A stretch of 63,758 nt of DNA, filler included. It is 6 parts of 6 records of this genome, joined end to end, with 100 filler letters (N's around TTAATTAATTAA, not from the genome) between each part and the next. Parts side by side here need not be neighbours in the genome. Positions count along the whole stretch, not along the records: positions 26,502 to 49,315 come from SRR20825010_291; 5 more parts are not named here. One strand, given 5' to 3'. The position numbers were made by a program, and so were the translations under genes. Every line of letters starts with the position of its first letter. The first letter of the stretch is position 1. Below the pieces are notes generated by a model. That model saw only the letters and a list, made by a program, of their open reading frames with translations. It made no database searches and had not been told where the DNA came from. Below are positions 30,979 to 41,135 of this stretch, piece by piece.

Positions 30979-31398
30979 ATGCAATCGCTAAAAGTATCCG
31001 ATGTCATGTGGAACCACATCGAGCCCATTCGTCGTGGAACGCCCTTAACCAAAGTGGTCAAAACACTGCTTCACAACCACGTCACTGGGCTGCCGGTCGT
31101 GGATGACCACCGCAAGGTGATCGGGTTTGTTTCCGAACAGGACTGCATCCACGCCCTGCTGGTGAGCAACTACCACCACGAAGGCGACCCGATCGTGGAC
31201 GACGTTATGTTTCGCAATCCGGTCACCATATCCCCGGAAATGTCTGTTGTGGATCTGGCCCAGAACCTGGGCGCAGGCAAGCCCAAGGTCTACCCGGTGG
31301 TTGACCATGATCGTTTGATCGGTATTGTGACCCGCACTGCCATCCTGGCAGAGTTTGCAAAGGCCGGTTATGGCATAGAAGTACCGAAATACGCGTAG
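30979..31398 (+). CDS. CBS domain pair protein
   Basis: GLPVVD..IGFVSEQDC and YPVVD..IGIVTR. Confidence 0.9.
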   Translation: MQSLKVSDVMWNHIEPIRRGTPLTKVVKTLLHNHVTGLPVVDDHRKVIGFVSEQDCIHALLVSNYHHEGDPIVDDVMFRNPVTISPEMSVVDLAQNLGAGKPKVYPVVDHDRLIGIVTRTAILAEFAKAGYGIEVPKYA

Positions 31399-31434
31399 TC
31401 AGAAGACTGTGAATTTTCCGACTGAGAGGTACCC

Positions 31435-32280
31435 ATGCAACTGCTCTCCACCAACGTCTGTTTTGGCGGCGAACACCGGCGCTACCAGCACCACTCGGCA
31501 GCCCTGGACTGCGATATGGAGTTTGCGGTGTACCTTCCTCCTGTTGCCGTGGGCAGCAACCCTCAAAAAGTGCCGGTTCTTTACTGGCTGTCGGGACTGA
31601 CCTGTACCGACCAGAATTTCATGCAGAAGGCCGGGGCCCAGAAAAAAGCGGCGCAGTTGGGCATCGCCATTGTGTGCCCTGACACCAGCCCCCGTGGTCT
31701 GGACCTGCCCGGTGAACATGACAGTTACGATTTCGGTAGTGGTGCCGGTTTTTACCTGAACGCCACACGCCAACCCTGGGCCCCTCACTATCGAATGTAC
31801 GATTATGTGGTGAAGGAATTGCCGCAACTGGTGGAAGGCCACTTGCCGGTGACAGAGGATCGCAGTATCAGTGGTCATTCCATGGGTGGTCACGGGGCAC
31901 TGATCGCGGCGCTGAAGAATCCCGGGCAGTACAGATCCGTGTCTGCTTTTGCGCCGATTGCCAACCCCAGCGAGTGCCCCTGGGGTCAAAAAGCCTTCAG
32001 CGGTTATCTGGGGGACGACCCGAAAACCTGGGAAGAGTGGGATGCGACGCTGTTGATTCCCGGCGCCAGCGAACGCTTACCGCTGCTGGTGGACCAGGGT
32101 ACAGCGGATGACTTCCTTGAAAGTCAGCTCAATCCCGAGGCGCTGGTCGAGGCATGTGAGAAGGTGCATCACCACATCAATCTGAGAATGCACCGGGGTT
32201 ATGATCACAGCTACTTCTTCATCGCCTCGTTCATCGATGACCATCTTGAGCATCACGCCCAGGCGTTGGGCTTGAGATAA
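31435..32280 (+). CDS. fghA: S-formylglutathione hydrolase
   Basis: WLSGLTCT, PDTSPRG, GHSMGGHGAL, GYDHSYFF. Confidence 0.96.
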   Translation: MQLLSTNVCFGGEHRRYQHHSAALDCDMEFAVYLPPVAVGSNPQKVPVLYWLSGLTCTDQNFMQKAGAQKKAAQLGIAIVCPDTSPRGLDLPGEHDSYDFGSGAGFYLNATRQPWAPHYRMYDYVVKELPQLVEGHLPVTEDRSISGHSMGGHGALIAALKNPGQYRSVSAFAPIANPSECPWGQKAFSGYLGDDPKTWEEWDATLLIPGASERLPLLVDQGTADDFLESQLNPEALVEACEKVHHHINLRMHRGYDHSYFFIASFIDDHLEHHAQALGLR

Positions 32281-32298
32281 TACAGAGCGCGTAGAGCG

Positions 32299-33420
32299 TT
32301 AGTGGAAACCCCAGAGTAGCCCGAAGTCCATGGAGGGCATCACTTCGGGCTGTTCAACGTCGATAATATTGAAATCCGGCTGGCTGCAATCCCGCTCAAA
32401 GGTGCCGCTGTAACGGTTGCCCCTGGGACCAATGATGGCTTTGGCAAACGGGCCACGGTGACGGTGCGGGCGCCGGACAATCACCGCCACTTCGTTGTTG
32501 GCGAGCCTCACCAGAGTTCCTGGCGGATGATCGGTCAGAATGGCCAGCAGAGCCCGCGGAATGGCAGGGCGTAGTTTGCCGTCGGCCAGCGAAGCGATCA
32601 GTTTGCGGGCCTCGGTTATGTTCATTCGTTCGCGATAAGCCCGCTTCGTTATCATTGCCACATAGCGTTCCGCCAGCGCCAGGATTTCCGCCTCACCCCG
32701 TATGTCGGTACCACTCAACCCATTGGGATAGCCCGAACCGTCCGCCTGTTCGTGGTGCTGCGCAATGATTTTGAGTAGCAGTGGGCTGGTGATGTCGGCC
32801 TCTTTGAGTGCCTGAACGCTGCGTTCGGGGTGTTTGCGTATCACCGCGCGCTGCTCGTCGGTCAATACCCGGTTGGAAGCATTGAGTTTGTCGGCCACCG
32901 GCACCAGAGCCAGGTTTGCCATTAGCGCAGCACTGATCAGTACGGCGATCCGCTTGTCATCGAGACCGAACCGCCGTGCAGTAAACTGACAGAGAACGGC
33001 ATAGAACAGTATCTGTTCATGGATGGTGGGCTCGATCGAGTACAGGTGCACCAGTGCCAGGCTGGCCTCCGGGGATTCCTGGCACATCTGGTCAATCATT
33101 CGTGACAGGCCAAGTACCCGTTGGCGGGCACTGTCATCCTGGTTGGTAATGGCGTTCAGCGAGGATTCCAGGGTTTGCAGTAATACGGGATAATCCGCAA
33201 ATGGGTTGCGAAGACGGATATCTTCCTGAATATCCTCGTCGGGGCGCTCAATCACCCGGGGCTGGAACAGGCCACGCTCGAACAACTGCTCCAGCTGAAT
33301 GTCATTCTGTATGACGTAGCCCTGTCGCAGCAGAACATTGCCATCGGCGTCATAGACCGTCCAGGGCAAAGGCTTTCCAATGGTCAATGCGCCGGGTGCG
33401 ATACGAAGAAGGTTCTGCAC
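32299..33420 (-). CDS. HD-GYP domain protein, degenerate active site
   Basis: HHEQADGSGYP and RKHP present, HD dyad replaced (AALMANLAL); GTG start. Confidence 0.85.
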   Translation of the reverse strand: MQNLLRIAPGALTIGKPLPWTVYDADGNVLLRQGYVIQNDIQLEQLFERGLFQPRVIERPDEDIQEDIRLRNPFADYPVLLQTLESSLNAITNQDDSARQRVLGLSRMIDQMCQESPEASLALVHLYSIEPTIHEQILFYAVLCQFTARRFGLDDKRIAVLISAALMANLALVPVADKLNASNRVLTDEQRAVIRKHPERSVQALKEADITSPLLLKIIAQHHEQADGSGYPNGLSGTDIRGEAEILALAERYVAMITKRAYRERMNITEARKLIASLADGKLRPAIPRALLAILTDHPPGTLVRLANNEVAVIVRRPHRHRGPFAKAIIGPRGNRYSGTFERDCSQPDFNIIDVEQPEVMPSMDFGLLWGFH

Positions 33421-33660
33421 TCAATGGCTTCCTGGTGCTTATTATAATAATGCTTAAGTTTACCCCTTAAGCTGATACCAACTCCAGTTGTTGAACGGTC
33501 GGGAATGGGACGTTTGCGGTGATATGGGAATCTGCGTCCTTTGATTTAACAAAGTATTTCATTTGTGCGTTTGTTAAATTTCGTTGCGTTCAGCTTCCGT
33601 AATCGGATCTTGCGCTATGATAGTTTGCTAATAAGACCTTGGTAGGAATGTACTGTCACT

Positions 33661-34656
33661 ATGCTCTATCGTCTGAAAACAGATTTCAGGCTGTCTATCA
33701 TCACGTTGTTGGCCATCAGTGCCATTCTGGGGATAACCCCCTTTGCGGTGATGCGGTTTGTCCAGGGCAACGTGCTGGCCGGGGTGGTCGATCTGGGTAT
33801 TATGCTGGCGATCACCGCCGGAATGATTTACGCCTGGATAACAGGCGATACCGCTCGCAGTGGTTTTGCAATGGCCCTGGTGGCCTGCGGCGGGGCGGTG
33901 ACAGTCGGAGCGTTGGTCGGAGAGCCTGGGCTGTTCTGGTTATATCCGTGCCTGGTGACAAGCTTCTTCCTGACGGAACCCCGCTACGCAATTTTTATCA
34001 ATCTGGCCGCCGTTGTTGCCTTGATGGTGCATGGCGTGGCCTTCAGTTCTCTTGTCCAGATGTGGACCTTCGCCGCCACGGCTATGGTCGTCAGCTGCTG
34101 CGCCTATGTGTTTGCCCATCGCAACGAGAACCAGCGGGAGCGCTTGGAACACCTGGCCACAATCGACCCCCTGACGGGCGTCAAAAACCGCCGCTCCATG
34201 GATCAGGAGCTGGCAATGGCCGTTGCCAGCGCCTCCAGAAACGGCATCTCCTACGCCCTGGTGTTGCTGGATATCGACTACTTCAAGAAGATCAACGACG
34301 AGTATGGGCACAACGTAGGGGATGACGTGCTGGTGGAAATGGTGGCGTTGATCGAACAGAACATCCGCAAGTCCGATCAACTGTTCCGCTTTGGCGGTGA
34401 AGAGTTTGTATTGCTGATGCCCGGGGTGGATTCAACCGGGTTGAAGGCGGTCATGCACAACCTGCAGCACATCATGCACAAGTTTCTGCGTCACCCCGGG
34501 GGGCAGGTTACCGCCTCCTTTGGCGTTGCCCTGCTCCAGGCTGGCGAAAAACCTGATGATTGGCTGGCGCGGGCGGATGAAGCACTTTATGAAGCAAAGG
34601 ACACCGGGCGCGACCGTATTGTCTACGCGGACGACATGGTCGCCAGCCCTGCGTGA
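33661..34656 (+). CDS. Membrane-bound diguanylate cyclase
   Basis: About 6 TM, DPLTG, DIDYFKKIND, RKSD I-site, RFGGEEF. Confidence 0.95.
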   Translation: MLYRLKTDFRLSIITLLAISAILGITPFAVMRFVQGNVLAGVVDLGIMLAITAGMIYAWITGDTARSGFAMALVACGGAVTVGALVGEPGLFWLYPCLVTSFFLTEPRYAIFINLAAVVALMVHGVAFSSLVQMWTFAATAMVVSCCAYVFAHRNENQRERLEHLATIDPLTGVKNRRSMDQELAMAVASASRNGISYALVLLDIDYFKKINDEYGHNVGDDVLVEMVALIEQNIRKSDQLFRFGGEEFVLLMPGVDSTGLKAVMHNLQHIMHKFLRHPGGQVTASFGVALLQAGEKPDDWLARADEALYEAKDTGRDRIVYADDMVASPA

Positions 34657-34670
34657 TCGCCCCGGCAAGA

Positions 34671-36143
34671 CTACTCTGGTTTTGGCGAGTACAGAAATAA
34701 TCGCAGCCCCAACAGGATACTGGCGGACGCCAGCCCACAGGTAAGCCCCACCCAAAAACCAGCGGCCCCCATGGCAGGCAGCAACCAGTCGGTAAAGGTC
34801 AGCACCCACCCCAGCGGCAATCCAACGCCCCAGAACGAAAACAGCATGATGAGCATGGGAATGCTGGTGTCTTTGTAGCCCCGCAAGGCGCTGATGCAGG
34901 TCACCTGAATCACATCGGCAATCTGGAAGAAGGCCGCATACACCAGCAGTGTCACCGTCACGGCCTGAACGTCCTGCTCACCGGTGTAGAGCGCTGCAAT
35001 TCCTTCTGCGAACACAAACAGCAGCACGGCAAATACCAGCGCCACCGCTGACGCCAGAATCAGCGAACTGCGGGCGATGAGCCGGGCAGTATCCGGCGCC
35101 TTGGCACCCACCAGGAAACTCACCCGCAGGGTCAGCGCCATTCCGATACTCAGCGGCAGCATGAACACCAGCGATACCACGTTCAGCGCGATCTGGTGCC
35201 CCGCCACAATCACTGGCCCCAGCGGTGCCAGGAACAGGGCTATGACCGAGAACATGCTGGCTTCCACAAAGATGGTAAAACCAATGGGGATGCCCAGGCG
35301 CAGGATATAGCGGATGCCCGCTGCGTCCGGTTTGGCCCAGTCTGCCAGCAGGTGAAAACGGCGATACACCGCACTGCGGTTCAGGTAGATCAGCAACGCC
35401 AGGGCCGCAACGCCGTTGGAGATGGAGGTGGCCCACCCACAGCCGATGCCGCCCATGGCCGGGAGGCCGAGTTTGCCGTAAATGAAGATGTAGTTCAGAG
35501 GCAGGTTGATCAGGGTTCCCAGCACCGAGAAGGCCATAATCACCCGGGTATGGCCCAGCCCGTCCGTCAGCCCTCGCAGTGCCATGATCATCAACATCGC
35601 AGGAATGCCCCAGGCGAAGGCGTCCAGGTAGCCCTGGGTGATGCGGGCGGTGTTGGTTTCCAGATTCAGGGCATCCAGCACCGGGTGCACGTTGGTCAGC
35701 AGCAGGATCATGATCACCGTGCCGCCGGCTGCGATATAAAGCCCCTGCCAGGTCGCGGGCATGATCTTCTCGGTGGTGCGCGCCCCGTTATAACCGGAAA
35801 TGATCGGCTGCAGGGCCCCCAGGAGGCCCATGAAAAAGAGGAACACCGGCATCCACAGACTACTGCCAATGCCCACGGCTGCCAGGTCTTCGGCACTGGC
35901 GTGGCCTGCCATCACGGTATCAATGACCCCGTTGGCCATCTGCGCCACCTGGGCAATCAGGATCGGTCCGCCCAGGACGGCCAGCGTGCGCCACTCGGTC
36001 AGTGTGCGCTGGACCAGAGGCTGGCGGACTTCTGGTAATGGCTGGTGGGTTTCGTCCATGGAATCGTGAGCCCGGGCCGGAGAGATAAATTGGAAACTGT
36101 CAGGAGCGCTGGATGGTACCCCATTCTCCACTCCGGATGTCAT
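34671..36143 (-). CDS. MATE family efflux transporter (NorM-like)
   Basis: IDTVMAGH, about 12 TM, PAMGGIGCG, AGHQIALN, ALRGYKDT; start 36143 or 36059. Confidence 0.92.
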   Translation of the reverse strand: MTSGVENGVPSSAPDSFQFISPARAHDSMDETHQPLPEVRQPLVQRTLTEWRTLAVLGGPILIAQVAQMANGVIDTVMAGHASAEDLAAVGIGSSLWMPVFLFFMGLLGALQPIISGYNGARTTEKIMPATWQGLYIAAGGTVIMILLLTNVHPVLDALNLETNTARITQGYLDAFAWGIPAMLMIMALRGLTDGLGHTRVIMAFSVLGTLINLPLNYIFIYGKLGLPAMGGIGCGWATSISNGVAALALLIYLNRSAVYRRFHLLADWAKPDAAGIRYILRLGIPIGFTIFVEASMFSVIALFLAPLGPVIVAGHQIALNVVSLVFMLPLSIGMALTLRVSFLVGAKAPDTARLIARSSLILASAVALVFAVLLFVFAEGIAALYTGEQDVQAVTVTLLVYAAFFQIADVIQVTCISALRGYKDTSIPMLIMLFSFWGVGLPLGWVLTFTDWLLPAMGAAGFWVGLTCGLASASILLGLRLFLYSPKPE

Positions 36144-36224
36144 AGGGTGTTTCCGTGGCACTGTGTACAACCCAGTGCAGTAGCGGGTAAAGTGCCGCCT
36201 TCCAATGTTTCAGGTGCGGGTAAT

Positions 36225-37091
36225 ATGGGTCTTCTGATTTTCGTAACAGTCCTGTGGGCGTTTTCGTTCAGCCTGATTGGCGAATTTCTGGCCGGACGTG
36301 TGGACAGCGATTTCGCGGTATTGACCCGTGTGGTGCTTGCCGCCCTGGTGTTTCTGCCGCTGACCCGCTGGCGTGGGGTTCCCGGAGGCTTGAAGCTGGG
36401 TGTACTGGTCACCGGTATGCTGCAGTTCGGTGTGACCTATTTGTGCCTGTACCGCTCGTTCAGCTACCTGACCGTGCCGGAAGTTCTGCTGTTTACCATT
36501 TTCACGCCACTGTACGTTACCCTGATCGATGACGCCCTGTACCGGCGTTTTTCGCCGATTGCATTGGTTGCCGCAGCCGTGGCAACGCTGGGTGCGGGGA
36601 TTATCCGTTACGACGGCCTGAGCCAGGGCTTCATCACTGGCTTCCTGCTGTTGCAGGTGGCCAACTTCACCTTTGCGGCGGGCCAGGTCGGCTATAAGCA
36701 CACCATGATGCGCTTCCCGACGGAACTGCCGGCCTACCGTACGTTTGGTTATTTCTTTTTCGGGGCGCTGATCATTGCCCTGCCATCCTTCCTGATCTTT
36801 GGCGACGCCAGTCGTCTGCCCACGACCTCATTGCAGTGGGGCATTCTCGCCTGGTTGGGCCTGGCAGCGTCCGGTATCGGGCTGTTCCTGTGGAACCGGG
36901 GGGCATGCCATGTGGATGCCGGCACTCTGGCAATCATGAACAACATGTTGGTGCCCGCCGGGTTGCTGGTCAATCTGGTGATTTGGAACCGGGATGCCGA
37001 CCTGTTGCGACTGGCCATAGGAGGCGGTGTTATCGCCCTGTCGCTGTGGTTGAATGCGCGCTTTCATCCGCGGGCAAGGCTGGCGGTGTAA
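36225..37091 (+). CDS. EamA/DMT transporter, YigM/BioP (biotin transporter)-like
   Basis: LWAFSFSLIGEFLAGRVDS and LTVPEVLLFTIFTPLYVTLI resemble E. coli YigM as remembered. Confidence 0.8.
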   Translation: MGLLIFVTVLWAFSFSLIGEFLAGRVDSDFAVLTRVVLAALVFLPLTRWRGVPGGLKLGVLVTGMLQFGVTYLCLYRSFSYLTVPEVLLFTIFTPLYVTLIDDALYRRFSPIALVAAAVATLGAGIIRYDGLSQGFITGFLLLQVANFTFAAGQVGYKHTMMRFPTELPAYRTFGYFFFGALIIALPSFLIFGDASRLPTTSLQWGILAWLGLAASGIGLFLWNRGACHVDAGTLAIMNNMLVPAGLLVNLVIWNRDADLLRLAIGGGVIALSLWLNARFHPRARLAV

Positions 37092-37247
37092 CGGTACTCC
37101 CCGTTGTCTGTAAACGGTCGTCCCGGTTCACTCTGACATCCTCTGGATATCGGATATTTCACAATGTTTGCTGACGGCGTCTACGCTTAGAGTTGCCATA
37201 ATTGCCAAACCAAATGTGGAATGGCCATGTCAGGGAGACAGCCTGTA

Positions 37248-38825
37248 ATGCGAAAAAACCTTCCGGTTACCCAGCGTGAAGTCCGAATGGCCGAAAGCGG
37301 TCGACTGATTACCACCACCGATTCAAGAGGCGTCATTACGTACTGCAATGACGAGTTCGTCGACATTAGCGGTTTCTCTCGAGAGGAGTTGGTCGGCCAG
37401 CCCCACAACGTAATCCGTCATCCGGATATGCCTTCGGCTGTATTTCAGGGAATGTGGGAGTACCTCAAGGCCGGAAAACCCTGGATGGGTGTGGTCAAGA
37501 ACCGCACCAAGAGCGGTGACCACTACTGGGTGAGCGCTTACGTGACCCCGATTCTTGAAAACGGAAAAATGATTGGCTTCGAGTCGGTACGAGTCTCGCC
37601 AACCCGTGAGCAAGTGGCGCGGGCTGAAAAGCTCTATCCGAAGCTGTCTGCCGGCAAGGCGGTCGTCAGTGTCCAAAGTCGGATTGTATCTGTCTTGCGG
37701 TCAGGGTGGCCCTTTGTCCTGTCGTTGGTCCTGAGCCTGGTGGCGTTGACCATGCTGGGCAATTCCGGGATGGCCATCGGCGTGATCGTGGTAGCTCACG
37801 TGCTGGCAGCGGGGCTGACCCTCAGGTCCATAACCGCTCGCCTGCAGAGCCTGCTTGATCTGCGCCCTGACGCCTTCCGTGATGCCGTTGTGGCACGGAC
37901 CTACAGTGATGAAAGCGGCCTGTTCTCGCAGATGGCCATGCTGATCATGAGCGAGAAAGCGAGGATTCGTACCGCCCTGGCCCGTATTGATGACCAGGCG
38001 GAGCTACTGTATGAGCATGCCAGGGCGAGCCACCGTTACATCAGCGAGGGCGCCGAGTCGATTGCCAAACAGCGGGCCGAGACCGACCAGACCGCATCGG
38101 CCGTTAACGAAATGACGGTGTCGATCCAGGAAGTGACTGAAACCGTGAATGGCAACGCCAAAGTGGCGGAAGAAGCCAACCGGATGGCGGCCACCGGCAG
38201 CAAGCGCAGCGGTGAGGCCCTGACGGCCATCGAACAGCTGGTCACCCGGGTGAACGGCATTGGCACGGCCATCCAGAAACTGGGTGCCTCAACAGAAAGC
38301 ATTGGTGAGGCCGCCAGCCTGATCTCAGACATTGCTGAACAAACCAATTTGCTGGCACTGAATGCGGCCATCGAAGCCGCCCGTGCTGGCGAGCAGGGTC
38401 GAGGGTTCGCCGTGGTGGCGGACGAGGTCCGGTCGTTGGCCCGCCGCACCCGGGATTCCACAGTACGTATACAGCAGGTCATTGACGACTTCCGTAGCCA
38501 GGTGGAACAAGCCGTTCAGGCCACCCGTGAAGGGGAGCAGGATGCAGGCAAGGGCCTGGAGAAGGTGCGGGAGGCAGAAACGTCCTTGCAGGAAATCGTG
38601 TCTTCGATCCATGATATTTCCGACAGCTTCATCAGCATGTCGGCGGCCTTTGAGGAGCAGAGCCAGGTATCCGAGGAGATCAACCATCAGGTGGTCAATA
38701 TTGCCGAACTGGCCGATCACAGTACCCAGCAGGCGGATTCCGCCAAGGACAGCAGTAACAGTCTGAGCCAGATGTCCCGCGGGCTAAAAGATCTGGTCTC
38801 CCGGTTCGTGAGTAAAAACGGCTAG
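37248..38825 (+). CDS. aer: Aer-like PAS-domain methyl-accepting chemotaxis protein
   Basis: N-cap [11 protein letters not shown] ([25 protein letters not shown]), TM hairpin, [21 protein letters not shown]. Confidence 0.88.
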   Translation: MRKNLPVTQREVRMAESGRLITTTDSRGVITYCNDEFVDISGFSREELVGQPHNVIRHPDMPSAVFQGMWEYLKAGKPWMGVVKNRTKSGDHYWVSAYVTPILENGKMIGFESVRVSPTREQVARAEKLYPKLSAGKAVVSVQSRIVSVLRSGWPFVLSLVLSLVALTMLGNSGMAIGVIVVAHVLAAGLTLRSITARLQSLLDLRPDAFRDAVVARTYSDESGLFSQMAMLIMSEKARIRTALARIDDQAELLYEHARASHRYISEGAESIAKQRAETDQTASAVNEMTVSIQEVTETVNGNAKVAEEANRMAATGSKRSGEALTAIEQLVTRVNGIGTAIQKLGASTESIGEAASLISDIAEQTNLLALNAAIEAARAGEQGRGFAVVADEVRSLARRTRDSTVRIQQVIDDFRSQVEQAVQATREGEQDAGKGLEKVREAETSLQEIVSSIHDISDSFISMSAAFEEQSQVSEEINHQVVNIAELADHSTQQADSAKDSSNSLSQMSRGLKDLVSRFVSKNG

Positions 38826-38978
38826 TTATCGGCCGGCCCCGGAGATGTTTACATCCCGGTGCCGGCCCTGGCTGGCATCCTGCGCATACTGCTGGCAAAA
38901 TCCCGCCCCATCTGCTGAAGCAGGCCTTCGGCATACCTCTTCTAATCGATTCATCAGCCAAAAGCACAGGATGAAACA

Positions 38979-40361
38979 ATGACTGGTTCCAAATCTACCC
39001 CGGCCCATCGTGGGCTATGGTCCTCCCGGATGGCCTTTATCCTGGCCGCGACCGGTTCGGCCGTCGGGCTGGGCAATATCTGGAAATTTCCCTATGTCAC
39101 CGGCGAAAATGGTGGTGGCGCTTTCGTACTGGTATACCTGCTGTGTATCGCCATCGTCGGTATTCCCATCATGATGGCGGAGGTTTATATCGGCCGTAGT
39201 GGCCGACATAATCCGATCACCAGTTTCCGCCTGGTGGCAGAGCGCAACCTGGCGTCACCGGTATGGCGGATCTCTGCCATTGTGGGTGTGCTGGCAGCGT
39301 TCATTATCCTGTCGTTCTATTCGGTGATTGGGGGCTGGGCGGCGTCCTACGTCGGCCACGCGGCCATGGGCGACTTTACCGGCCAGAGCGCGGACGCCAT
39401 CGGTGAGCTGTTCGGCGGCCTGCTGGCCAGCCCGGTCACACTGTTGATCTGGCACACCATCTTTATGGCATTGGTGATTTTCGTGGTGGCCCGTGGCCTC
39501 AAATCCGGCCTGGAGCGAGCCGTCACCATCCTGATGCCCGCCCTGTTCGTGTTGCTGCTGGTAGCGGTGGGCTATGCCACCACCACCGGCCACTTCGGTG
39601 CCGCTGTCGCCTTCCTGTTTACGCCTGATTTTGGCGCCCTGACCATGGATGGCGTACTGGTGGCATTGGGCCATGCGTTTTTCACCCTGAGCCTGGGTAT
39701 GGCCATCATGATGGCCTATGGTTCCTATCTGGGAGACGATGTGTCGGTCGGGCGGACTGCGGTGACCGTGTCCATCATGGATACCGTGGTGGCGCTGATG
39801 GCCGGCCTGGCGATTTTCCCGGTGGTCTTTGCCAATGGCCTGGAAGCCGGTGCGGGCCCTGGCCTGATTTTCCAGACCCTGCCGTTGGCCTTCGGCCAGA
39901 TGCCGATGGGCAGCATATTTGGTGCCCTGTTCTTTGTGCTGCTGTTGTTCGCGGCCTGGACCTCCGCTATTTCACTGCTGGAGCCAGTGGTTGAATGGCT
40001 GGAAGACAAACTGATCGTTGGCCGTGTGGGAAGCACGGTGGTGGTGGGGGTTGCCTGCTGGCTGCTGGGTATTGCGTCCATCCTGTCCCTGAACGAGTGG
40101 TCTGGTTTCGCGCCCCTGGGCATGTTCGAGCGTTTCGAGGGCAACACCATCTTCGATCTGCTCGACTTCTTTACCGCCAACGTGATGCTGCCGCTGTCCG
40201 GCCTGCTGACGGCCCTGTTTGTCGGCTGGTGCGTGGCGAAAGAGTCGTTGCAGAGCAATTTGGCCCTTTCCGGAGGCAGCTTTGCGCTCTGGTACAACCT
40301 GGTTCGCTTCGTAACACCGGTGGCGGTTGCGATCGTGTTTGTCTACAACCTGATGTCGTAA
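38979..40361 (+). CDS. Neurotransmitter:sodium symporter (NSS) family transporter
   Basis: GSAVGLGNIWKFPY, GGGAF, AFFTLSLG, AAWTSAISLLE. Confidence 0.95.
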   Translation: MTGSKSTPAHRGLWSSRMAFILAATGSAVGLGNIWKFPYVTGENGGGAFVLVYLLCIAIVGIPIMMAEVYIGRSGRHNPITSFRLVAERNLASPVWRISAIVGVLAAFIILSFYSVIGGWAASYVGHAAMGDFTGQSADAIGELFGGLLASPVTLLIWHTIFMALVIFVVARGLKSGLERAVTILMPALFVLLLVAVGYATTTGHFGAAVAFLFTPDFGALTMDGVLVALGHAFFTLSLGMAIMMAYGSYLGDDVSVGRTAVTVSIMDTVVALMAGLAIFPVVFANGLEAGAGPGLIFQTLPLAFGQMPMGSIFGALFFVLLLFAAWTSAISLLEPVVEWLEDKLIVGRVGSTVVVGVACWLLGIASILSLNEWSGFAPLGMFERFEGNTIFDLLDFFTANVMLPLSGLLTALFVGWCVAKESLQSNLALSGGSFALWYNLVRFVTPVAVAIVFVYNLMS

Positions 40362-40382
40362 AGGCCGTCAGGGGATTGAAAG

Positions 40383-40411
40383 AAACCCGGCCCACGCGGC
40401 CGGGTTTTTTT
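40383..40411 (+). terminator. Intrinsic terminator (probably bidirectional)
   Basis: AAACCCGGCC-CACGC-GGCCGGGTTTTTTT. Confidence 0.88.
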
Positions 40412-40430
40412 GTTTCGGGGCGTGTGCTGC

Positions 40431-41012
40431 TTAACGGTCTGAATCGGTTGCGGCGCGCAGTGCGTCCAGGTGCGGTCGCAGGGCACGCTTGTCGGCTTCC
40501 GGTGCGTTGCTTGCCGTTTCCATGGCAGACATGGCGCCACCCATCATGTCCCGCATCTGCTGTTTTTGGGCTTCGCTCATGTGTGGATTGTTGTTGATCT
40601 CTTCCATGGCTTTGGCCATTTCCTGATTCATGGTGTTGGACTGCTCGCCCATTTCCAGGGCGCTCCAGGCCTGGAAGATGCGGTCACCGGTTTTCGCCCA
40701 CGACTCGGGATTGGCGAATCCGTGTTGCTCCACCACGTCTTCCAGCCGGTTATATAGGTCATGACCCTTCATGCGCTCGATGGACGATGAGAATATTCGC
40801 GACATGTCTGGCATCTCGCCACCGCGCTCACCTTTCTCGGCCGGGAAATCCTCCGTCATCTCATCGAATTCACTCTCCATCCCCTGAAGGGTTTCCAGGC
40901 TGCTGATGAATGAGCGGATGGTCTGGTCGGTCAGGGTCTCAGCCTGGGCCGCGAAGGGGGCAAGCAAGAGCAGGAGAAGCAGGGGCACTAAGGCAGGGCT
41001 GAATCGGTTCAT
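40431..41012 (-). CDS. Secreted Met-rich alpha-helical hypothetical protein
   Basis: SD AGGAG, signal peptide ending AQA, helical Met-rich body. Confidence 0.75.
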   Translation of the reverse strand: MNRFSPALVPLLLLLLLAPFAAQAETLTDQTIRSFISSLETLQGMESEFDEMTEDFPAEKGERGGEMPDMSRIFSSSIERMKGHDLYNRLEDVVEQHGFANPESWAKTGDRIFQAWSALEMGEQSNTMNQEMAKAMEEINNNPHMSEAQKQQMRDMMGGAMSAMETASNAPEADKRALRPHLDALRAATDSDR

Positions 41013-41135
41013 GAGAACGTCTCCTTGTGATTGGGAATCCCGGTTCCATTGATCGGGATTCCCTAAAGGTAGTCCTCTGTTAAACCGCCTGCAACAACCC
41101 ATGCCGGGTTATGATCGGCCATGATCAGGCTCGGC

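Noticed and set aside
37092..37247. Sigma-28 promoter for the Aer-like receptor
   Set aside because: No TAAA-N15-GCCGATAA match found
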